From: Nitrosopumilaceae archaeon
GTDB taxonomy: Archaea; Thermoproteota; Nitrososphaeria; Nitrososphaerales; Nitrosopumilaceae
DNA length: 64,000 bases
Direction of reading: 5' to 3'
NCBI GenBank assembly: GCA_965214835.1
Contig: CBDCCK010000002.1
Span: 288,001 to 352,000 of the forward strand
Shown piece by piece: positions 57,112-64,000 of the stretch. The position numbers were made by a program, and so were the translations under genes. The notes beneath the pieces are model-generated. The model saw only the letters and a program-made list of their open reading frames with translations. It did no database searches and was not told the origin of the DNA. Position 1 is the first letter of the stretch. Every line of letters starts with the position of its first letter.

Positions 57112-58942
57112 GGAAAACTTTAACCAGATCTCGCCAAGCGAGTTCTTCTACCGGAACCGGGATCTGGCCGGCTTTAGCACGCCTACGCGCTCCCTGTATA
57201 CTGCCGTACGCGAGTTCGTAGAAAACGCCCTTGATGCCTGCGACCATCACGGGATTTTCCCCGACGTCCGCCTGTCAATAAAGGCAGTGGATCCCGAAAA
57301 ACCAGACCCGAGGCACTATATTCTGACTGTCAGGGACAACGGGCCCGGAATGCCGTCAAAAAACGTCCCGCTTGCATTTGGTACCGTCCTGTACGGCTCA
57401 AAGTTTGGACTAAAGCAGGCAAGGGGGATGTTCGGCCTCGGCGCCACCATGGCAATACTCTACGGCCAGATCACCACAAACAAGCCGGTCCACGTCGTCA
57501 GCTCCACCGACGGCCAAAAGGCCGACGAGTTTGAGATCCTTTTGGACATCCAAAAAAACAAGCCGGTAATCCAAAGGCATGTCACAAAGGAGGCAAAAAA
57601 ACAGGGCCTGTCTGTCAGCATCTGCCTGGAGGGCGACTATTCCAAGGCCGGCTCCAAGATACGCGACTATGTCTACCAGACGTCCCTGATCACCCCGTAT
57701 GCGACAATCTCCTTTGATGATCCCAAGAATCAGAAGTTCAAGTACCCAAGGATGGTAAAGACAATGCCCCCGGCCCCGACGATAATCCGCCCCCACCCTT
57801 ACGGCGTCGATGTGGAGACCATCCGGCGCATGATAGTCGAGTCAAACTTTGAGATCCCTGCAGTGGATAACAAGGTGATTGAGAAGGTAAAAAGGGAGCT
57901 GGGCCTGGCAGGCAAGGGCCTCAGATTCACCGGAATAATGGGGCGAGCATCCAGAAAGTGGAAAAACCTCTCAAGGCAGGTAAGGGTAGTCGTCGCCCTG
58001 ATGTCTTTTCTTGGGATGGACTTTGATCAGCTCGGCAAGATCCGAATCGATGATCTCGATGCCGCAAACAGCAAGCTGGTCTACTGGGACTATGGGGAGT
58101 CCAAGTCCGTCACCGTCGAGCTGGACGAGGATAGCCAGTACTACCGCCAGCTTACAAACACCGTGCAAGGCGAGACGCTGTCATCGTTTCTTACAAAGCG
58201 GTTCCAGAGGGTGGGGCCGACGGCGGCGGCCAAGTTTGCCAAATTTGCGGGATTCAAGCCCGAAAAACGCATGGGTTCCATGAACAACGAGGAGCTCGTA
58301 CGCCTGAGCGACTCGCTTCAAAAGTACGGGGACTTTATGTCGCCTGATCCAGGCTGCCTGGCACCGCTTGGAGAGTCCCCCCTTGAGAAGGGCATGCAAA
58401 AGTTCTTCAATCCCGACTTTTTGGCAGTAGTCCAGAGGCCCGCCTCTGCATACTCTGGCTTTCCGTTCATCGTAGAGATGGGCATAGCGTACGGGGGGGA
58501 CATTGAGACCAGGGGAATCAAGGCATACCGCTTTGCAAACAGAATCCCGCTGCTGTACGACGAGGGAAGCGATGTCGTGCTCAAGGTTGTAAACGATACT
58601 GACTGGTCCAGATACAAGGTCAAAGGCGATCCGCCGCTGGTCATCGTAAGCCACATCTGCTCCACCAGGATCCCGTACAAGACTGCGGGAAAAGAAAACG
58701 TAGCCGACAGAAGGGAGATCGAAAGAGAGCTCAAGCTAGGCCTGCAGTACCTGTCCCGGAAGCTGTCTGCATACATGTCCAAGAAGGGCCAGGCAGAGGC
58801 TGCCAAAAAGAGGGCCAACCTGTATTCAAGGTACATGCCGCTGATTGCGCAGTTCTGCACCGAGCTTGCCGGCAAGACCAGGGAGCCTGACTTTCAGCAA
58901 ATCTTAAAGGAGGAGACGCCAGTTGAAAAAGGCCAAAACTAA
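57101..58942 (+). CDS. top6B: DNA topoisomerase VI subunit B
   Basis: 'EFVENALDA', 'DNGPG', 'YGSKF..KQARGMFGLG', 'RFANRIPL'. Confidence 0.96.
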   Translation: MSSKENFNQISPSEFFYRNRDLAGFSTPTRSLYTAVREFVENALDACDHHGIFPDVRLSIKAVDPEKPDPRHYILTVRDNGPGMPSKNVPLAFGTVLYGSKFGLKQARGMFGLGATMAILYGQITTNKPVHVVSSTDGQKADEFEILLDIQKNKPVIQRHVTKEAKKQGLSVSICLEGDYSKAGSKIRDYVYQTSLITPYATISFDDPKNQKFKYPRMVKTMPPAPTIIRPHPYGVDVETIRRMIVESNFEIPAVDNKVIEKVKRELGLAGKGLRFTGIMGRASRKWKNLSRQVRVVVALMSFLGMDFDQLGKIRIDDLDAANSKLVYWDYGESKSVTVELDEDSQYYRQLTNTVQGETLSSFLTKRFQRVGPTAAAKFAKFAGFKPEKRMGSMNNEELVRLSDSLQKYGDFMSPDPGCLAPLGESPLEKGMQKFFNPDFLAVVQRPASAYSGFPFIVEMGIAYGGDIETRGIKAYRFANRIPLLYDEGSDVVLKVVNDTDWSRYKVKGDPPLVIVSHICSTRIPYKTAGKENVADRREIERELKLGLQYLSRKLSAYMSKKGQAEAAKKRANLYSRYMPLIAQFCTELAGKTREPDFQQILKEETPVEKGQN

Positions 58943-60035
58943 AAAAACAAAGCCGGCAGTATCCACAAAGGAAAAGCAAAAGGCCCTCCTGGAGCTGCTC
59001 AAAAAGCACGGGGCCGCCGTCTACGGCGACATCGATGCGGGGCAGTTCCCAAAGTTTTCGATTCCCAGCAGATCCGTCAGCAACATCGTATATGACGAGA
59101 AGATCCGGCAGTATGTATTGGGGGCCAACTCGTCACTGCGCAGCTCCCGGAACACCTCGCAGCTGCGCTCGTTTACGCAGCTTGTCTGGCTGGCCTTTTT
59201 TGCCAACAGGCTCACAAAGGAGAAAAAGTCCTCCACGCTGAGGGACGTGTACTATTCGTCGCAGGCCTTTGCCGTGGAGTTCGACGATCAGGCAGAGTCT
59301 GACAACATCATCGTAGACCTGGAGGCAGTGCTCTCCAGGCCCCGCGAGGACTTTCAGATATTTCCAGAGGAGAGAAGCTCGATATTTGGCGACCTGAACG
59401 TAGAGTATACGATACCCGGATACGAGGGAAAGACGATGAACCTCTCCAACCACCCCGACGGCTATGCGATAGGCCCCAGCCTAACCACCGCCGAGCTGCG
59501 CGATACCAGCGCCGAGATAGTTATTGCAATCGAGAAGGGCGGCCTGTTTACGAGGTTCGTAGAGGAGCAGGTCGACAAGAAATTCAAGTCCATCATCATC
59601 AACACCGGGGGCCAGGCGCCCCGCTCCACAAGAACCCTGCTCAAGAGGCTGCATGACGAGATGGGGCTTCCCGTGATAATTCTTACCGACGGCGACGTGT
59701 ACGGGGAGCACATTGCAATGGTCATAAAGTCAGGCTCGGCCAATGCCGCGCACCTGAGGGAGCTGACCGTTCCTGACGCCAAGTGGGTGGGGGTCTGGGC
59801 CACGGACATTGAAAGGTTCAAGCTTCCCACGATACCGATGACCGAGTCCGACATCAAGCGGTGCTATGACCTCAAAAAGGATCCCAGGTACAAAAAGGGC
59901 CTGTGGAAAAAGGAGCTGGAGGCCTTTATCAGAATCAAGCGAAAGGCGGAGCTGGAGGCCTTTTCAAAGTACGGCCTTACAAACATCACCGACAAGTATC
60001 TCCCTCACAAGCTGGAGGTAGCCAAGACGCTATAG
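58923..60035 (+). CDS. top6A: DNA topoisomerase VI subunit A
   Basis: 'TLRDVYY', 'IEK', 'TDGDVYG', 'KAELEA'. Confidence 0.96.
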   Translation: MKKAKTKKTKPAVSTKEKQKALLELLKKHGAAVYGDIDAGQFPKFSIPSRSVSNIVYDEKIRQYVLGANSSLRSSRNTSQLRSFTQLVWLAFFANRLTKEKKSSTLRDVYYSSQAFAVEFDDQAESDNIIVDLEAVLSRPREDFQIFPEERSSIFGDLNVEYTIPGYEGKTMNLSNHPDGYAIGPSLTTAELRDTSAEIVIAIEKGGLFTRFVEEQVDKKFKSIIINTGGQAPRSTRTLLKRLHDEMGLPVIILTDGDVYGEHIAMVIKSGSANAAHLRELTVPDAKWVGVWATDIERFKLPTIPMTESDIKRCYDLKKDPRYKKGLWKKELEAFIRIKRKAELEAFSKYGLTNITDKYLPHKLEVAKTL

Positions 60036-60491
60036 CCTCTTTATCCTGAGGGTCAGGACGCCGTTTCTGTACTTGAAGTCAAATATCTGCATGTCATTGG
60101 AGCCCTCGATTGGAACCTCCTTTGAGAACCCCCCGCTTCCCCTGATGTACAGCGTGCCGTCGACCAGCCTGACCATGATCTTGTCCTCGGGTCCCGGAAC
60201 CTCGGCCACGAAGACAAACTCCCCCTCACCCTTGATCAGATCATATACCCAGTTCTTGCTTTCCTGCTCCCGCATGGAATACTTTGGCTTTTGATCCCTT
60301 GTCATCTTGATTAGGACCCTTGCCCAGTAGAACATGGTTACTGCGGCCCCGCCTATCAGGACAAAGCTGACAAACCCCCCGCCCGAGCGCTGCGTCATTA
60401 CATACACAACTCCCAGGAATAGGATTATCAGGATTGGTATGATGAAGTTCAGTGACTGCTGGTTGGAGTATGCTCCCTTGTAGCTTGACAA
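60030..60491 (-). CDS. Membrane-anchored Hsp20/alpha-crystallin-like protein
   Basis: Two TM helices then 'VAEVPG', 'YRNGVL'. Confidence 0.8.
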   Translation of the reverse strand: MSSYKGAYSNQQSLNFIIPILIILFLGVVYVMTQRSGGGFVSFVLIGGAAVTMFYWARVLIKMTRDQKPKYSMREQESKNWVYDLIKGEGEFVFVAEVPGPEDKIMVRLVDGTLYIRGSGGFSKEVPIEGSNDMQIFDFKYRNGVLTLRIKRL

Positions 60492-60692
60492 TTTGCTCTA
60501 AATCGGCCTTGGCCAAATATAAAGTATCTTTGGTTTTTCAGTCCTGCCGGATCCCCGGACTCATGGCGATGCAGTAGGTGGCGTGCGGATCTGCAGGTTC
60601 GCCCTGTCTGAATCGCCTCTGATTGGAGCCGTCTTGTGGCTGCGCTTTTGGGGGACTGCCCTAAATGAGGCGCCTGCCCCGTCTGCAGTTTT

Positions 60693-60785
60693 GTATGTGG
60701 TCACCTACCACTATCAATCAGGCATGAATTGGCATGTACAATTATGATTTTTGTGCCTAGCTGGTAAGGGGACGTGACCACATAC
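60693..60785. mobile_element. MITE family C with 8-bp TSD GCAGTTTT
   Basis: TIR GTATGTGGTCAC/GTGACCACATAC; TSD at 60685-60692 and 60786-60793. Confidence 0.88.
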
Positions 60786-60861
60786 GCAGTTTTGCTAGAT
60801 TCGGTTCCAGCGTACGTCCGGCTTGGCTGGTTTTTATTACCATCCTCTTCCACCTGTGGTG

Positions 60862-61104
60862 ATGCATGACAAAAAAAACCCCGGCCCGCTGACTAGAGGC
60901 GATCTTGTGATTCGCGGCACCGTCATGGCATCGATAATCACGGTTCCCTCATTGGCGGCCTTTTTTGCATCCTGGGCCCTTCTTGACGATCTCATCCAGG
61001 CAGCCATCATCGGGGCCGTCGTCCACTTTATATCCATGGGCTTTTCACTGAAGATCTCCAAAAGATTCCTCGCAAAAAGGCCCGATGCGAGCCCCGACGC
61101 TTAA
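60862..61104 (+). CDS. Small membrane protein
   Basis: Two TM helices. Confidence 0.65.
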   Translation: MHDKKNPGPLTRGDLVIRGTVMASIITVPSLAAFFASWALLDDLIQAAIIGAVVHFISMGFSLKISKRFLAKRPDASPDA

Positions 61105-61129
61105 TAACAAAAACCACCCATGAAGCACG

Positions 61130-61483
61130 TTGAATACCTCCGATATCGAGAAAACCCTCGTTGATGAGATCGGCCTCGGGCCCCTTGAGGCCAGGATATT
61201 CCTCCTGATTACGCTGGAGGGCAAAATGTCCGTGGATGACATAGCATCCAGGCTTGACGTCGCCCCGGGGCTTGCATCTGAGGCGTGCCGGGGCCTGGTG
61301 GGACTGGGCGGCCTCATCGACATGTCCCCGACCGAGTTTGAGGCGATGCATCCGCGCTTTACGGCAGTCAACATGTACAGGAGAATGTGCGAGCGCAAAA
61401 ACGTCGAGTTTGGAAGAAACAAAATAGTGGACGGCTTGGGTGCGATGCTGGAGCGCCGCTATGATGATGCAAGGACTAAATAG
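61130..61483 (+). CDS. TrmB-like HTH protein
   Basis: 'GLGPLEARIFL..EG.MSVDDIA..L', 'F.AMHP'. Confidence 0.75.
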   Translation: MNTSDIEKTLVDEIGLGPLEARIFLLITLEGKMSVDDIASRLDVAPGLASEACRGLVGLGGLIDMSPTEFEAMHPRFTAVNMYRRMCERKNVEFGRNKIVDGLGAMLERRYDDARTK

Positions 61484-61502
61484 AACCGGATGTTGCTGGT
61501 GG

Positions 61503-61904
61503 ATGTTGACTGTCGATACCGAGTCATGCAGGCACCAGCCCGTCTATTTTGGTGTGATCAACATAAACATCGGCGAGAGAACCGTCGGTTCCGTTGACGT
61601 GTGGCGCTGTGCTGCCTGCAAGAAAAGGTTCTGCGAGGAAAAGCAGCTTGGCATCGAGGCGCTGGCAGACTCTGTCGGAATGCCAAAAATCGAACCCGAC
61701 GAAAAGTGGGCCGTCTGTGTCTGCAGGCTGCAAAAGGGGCAGTGCAGGTGGAGGCTGGTCAGGCTCAAGGAAAACGGCCAGCTCAGACACGAATGCCTTG
61801 ATGAGCAGGCGGTGTCACTGCGTGTCAGCGACTATGCAATAGACGATGGCCAGCACTGGAGCTTTCTAGTCGACGAGCACATCAATACCGCAGTGGAAGT
61901 CTAG
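61503..61904 (+). CDS. Cys-rich conserved hypothetical protein
   Basis: 'C.H', 'WRCAACKKRFC'; operon-like spacing. Confidence 0.7.
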   Translation: MLTVDTESCRHQPVYFGVININIGERTVGSVDVWRCAACKKRFCEEKQLGIEALADSVGMPKIEPDEKWAVCVCRLQKGQCRWRLVRLKENGQLRHECLDEQAVSLRVSDYAIDDGQHWSFLVDEHINTAVEV

Positions 61905-61906
61905 CC

Positions 61907-62197
61907 ATGGCACTGAATATCCGGGTTCATGTCAACAACATTCATGGCAGTCAGATGGCTGCAAAAATCACCGGAAGGTTCACCCTAGATTCACATGAGT
62001 TCAGGTTCACCGCCATCGCCTTTGGAAGGATAGGGGGGCAAAACGTCGGGGCCAGGCTATCAAAGGCTACCGAGCAGGAGCTCAAAAAACTGGGCCATGA
62101 TCCAGAAGAGGTCATACTTGAAATCCAGGGCAGGCTGCTCCGGGGGGACATGACCGTTCCCGATGGGCTCAGGCGCGAGTCATTTGTAGATGACTAG
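61907..62197 (+). CDS. Conserved hypothetical protein
   Basis: 96-aa ORF, 2 nt after the previous stop. Confidence 0.7.
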   Translation: MALNIRVHVNNIHGSQMAAKITGRFTLDSHEFRFTAIAFGRIGGQNVGARLSKATEQELKKLGHDPEEVILEIQGRLLRGDMTVPDGLRRESFVDD

Positions 62198-62988
62198 AAC
62201 TCTGCCTCTGACAGCGCCCTCTCGCAGGCGCATCCTCTGTCCTCTGGGATCCTGTCTACCAGTACGGTGAGCAGCTCTTTTATCCGCTCTACGTTACCTG
62301 ACAGCGTCTCTAGGACCTCCCTTGCCGTGACGGGCTTTTCTGCCCACACGTCATAGTCTGTAACCGTTGAAACCGAGACGTAGCACATCTGTGCCTCCCT
62401 TGCCAGCTGGCACTCTGGAACCAGCGTCATTCCGATGACGTCTGCGCCTAGCGTCCTGTAGAACTCTGACTCGGCCCTTGTGGAAAACCTCGGACCCTCT
62501 ATGCATACATACGTGCAGTCCCTGTGCATTGTAATCTGCTGCCCATCGGCCGCATCTAGGACACATTTCTGCAGCTCCGGGCAGAACGGATCTGCCACCG
62601 AGATGTGTATCACCCTGCCCTCCTCGGAAAACGAGCCCTTCCTTGACTTTGTAAAGTCGATGAACTGGTCAGGCAGCGCAAAGTGTGCGGGCTTTATCTC
62701 CTCCTTCAGGCTTCCGACTGCCGAGGGCGCAATTATCCTCCTCACCCCAAGCTCCTTGAATGCCCAGATGTTTGCCCTGAAGTTTATCATGTGCGGGGGT
62801 ATGGTGTGTTTTTTTCCATGTCTTGGCAAAAATGCGATCCTTCTTCCCCTGAACTCCCCCACGGTTACCGTATCTGACGGCCTTCCATACGGGGTGTCGA
62901 CGTCCACCTCCATGCTGTCTTGCAGCAGGCCCGAGTCATAGATTCCGGTGCCGCCAAAGATTCCAATCTCTGCCTCCTGCTCAGTCAA
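62194..62988 (-). CDS. mtnP: S-methyl-5'-thioadenosine phosphorylase
   Basis: 'GIFGGTG', 'RHG', '[11 protein letters not shown]', 'GMT..PE', 'TDYD'. Confidence 0.95.
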   Translation of the reverse strand: MTEQEAEIGIFGGTGIYDSGLLQDSMEVDVDTPYGRPSDTVTVGEFRGRRIAFLPRHGKKHTIPPHMINFRANIWAFKELGVRRIIAPSAVGSLKEEIKPAHFALPDQFIDFTKSRKGSFSEEGRVIHISVADPFCPELQKCVLDAADGQQITMHRDCTYVCIEGPRFSTRAESEFYRTLGADVIGMTLVPECQLAREAQMCYVSVSTVTDYDVWAEKPVTAREVLETLSGNVERIKELLTVLVDRIPEDRGCACERALSEAEF

Positions 62989-63497
62989 TACCTCACCAGT
63001 GACTTGCAGTCGTATCCGTCAAGATGCCTGATTCCGTCCAGCTCCGTCAGCTCTATGATGAATGCAAACCCTGCGACTATGCCTCCGATTCCTTCGACCA
63101 GCTCTGCAGACGCCTTTGCCGTCCCTCCCGTGGCAAGCAGGTCGTCACAAATCAAGACCCTTTCTCCCTTTTTGAGAATTTCCTTTTGCATCTCGATTGT
63201 ATCCTTGCCGTACTCTATCGTGTATGATATCTTTGCAGTCTTTCCGGGAATCTTTCCTGCCTTTCTAACCATTACCATTCCCTTGCTGTATCGTGCTGCC
63301 AGGATGCTTGATAAAATGAACCCCCTTGACTCGACTCCTGCAAGAACGTCGATGTCCTTCTTGTGAAAGTGTTTTTCAAACTCGTCTGCAATATAGGACA
63401 TTGCCGACGGATCCCTCAGGATCGGGCTGAAGTCCCTGAACAGGACGCCTTTTTTTGGAAAGTTTTTGTATTCTGCAATATGATCCCTTAGATTCAT
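62985..63497 (-). CDS. apt: Adenine phosphoribosyltransferase
   Basis: 'ESRGF', 'RKAGKIP', 'DDLLATGGT'. Confidence 0.95.
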   Translation of the reverse strand: MNLRDHIAEYKNFPKKGVLFRDFSPILRDPSAMSYIADEFEKHFHKKDIDVLAGVESRGFILSSILAARYSKGMVMVRKAGKIPGKTAKISYTIEYGKDTIEMQKEILKKGERVLICDDLLATGGTAKASAELVEGIGGIVAGFAFIIELTELDGIRHLDGYDCKSLVRY

Positions 63498-63536
63498 GTA
63501 CTGCTGTGCTTCTTGGAATAATAAAAACTGTGTTAA

Positions 63537-64000
63537 TTACTCTATTGCGAACAGCACGCTGGCCGAGTCAAATGCGTCCACTGCAGTCGCGTTGTATGTT
63601 CCCGGTGGCAGGTCTTTGGAGAGATTCCAGGGCAGTTTTATCTCGCCCTCGCTGCTTGCGGGAAACGATAGCTCGTCTATGGCTCCTCCGGCCTCGTCGT
63701 ATACCGTGATCTGGACATTGTTCTGTGCGCCAAAGACATGGAACCATACCAAGTCCCCGCCTGTGGGGTTGTTTTCAATGCGGTCGATTTCAATTACCAT
63801 TCCCTCCTGAACCGTTGCCACCACCTCCAGATCCGCCGTCCTGAAGTGGGACGCGCCTGATGCCTTTACCTTCCACGTTCCAGCCTTTGCATCTGACGGG
63901 ATTCTGAACGAGCCGTCAGTCAGCCTGCCGTCCTTTTTGGTGAACGTCTCCTTCTCCCTTACCACGTTTCCGTCGGGATCAATTAGCTCCAGCAGGATCA
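63537..64000 (-). CDS. Partial Ig-like/surface protein (5' end outside window)
   Basis: 'IPSDAKAGTWKV.A', 'PPGTY...A.D' beta-sandwich motifs. Confidence 0.65.
   Translation of the reverse strand, partial: ILLELIDPDGNVVREKETFTKKDGRLTDGSFRIPSDAKAGTWKVKASGASHFRTADLEVVATVQEGMVIEIDRIENNPTGGDLVWFHVFGAQNNVQITVYDEAGGAIDELSFPASSEGEIKLPWNLSKDLPPGTYNATAVDAFDSASVLFAIE

Noticed and set aside
60540-60822. Possible SRP or RNase P RNA (long hairpin in a GC-rich intergenic region)
   Set aside because: No SRP helix-8 or RNase P P4 motifs; the hairpin is the TIR of MITE C with an 8-bp TSD

Overview
Archaeal chromosome segment from a high-GC Nitrosopumilaceae (Nitrososphaerota/Thaumarchaeota)-like genome. The assignment is inferred from gene content and order. 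The backbone is housekeeping: leuS, alaS, sod, pckA, rpl32e/19e, secE-spt5-rpl11, rpl1-rpl10, rpl12, rps17e, a t6A cluster, purA, pyrF, uppS, aIF2beta-RIO1-Dim2-top6B-top6A, mtnP, apt, tRNA-Ser(GCT) and an intron-containing tRNA-Met(CAT). The intergenic space is full of mobile DNA: IS630 (one intact, one decayed, two end fragments), IS481, IS5-like remnants, at least six MITE families, decayed HicAB/HsdS modules and an intact AbiE toxin-antitoxin pair. The standout is a complete IS110 element (23704-25053) inserted exactly inside the terminal inverted repeat of a multi-copy ~88-bp MITE. Its non-coding left end folds into a two-loop bridge-RNA-like structure whose guide segments match the MITE target, the element's own ends, and both post-recombination junctions (10/10 nt each). 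This points to an archaeal RNA-guided recombinase programmed against a MITE. All alignments and folds were done by eye; no database searches were run.
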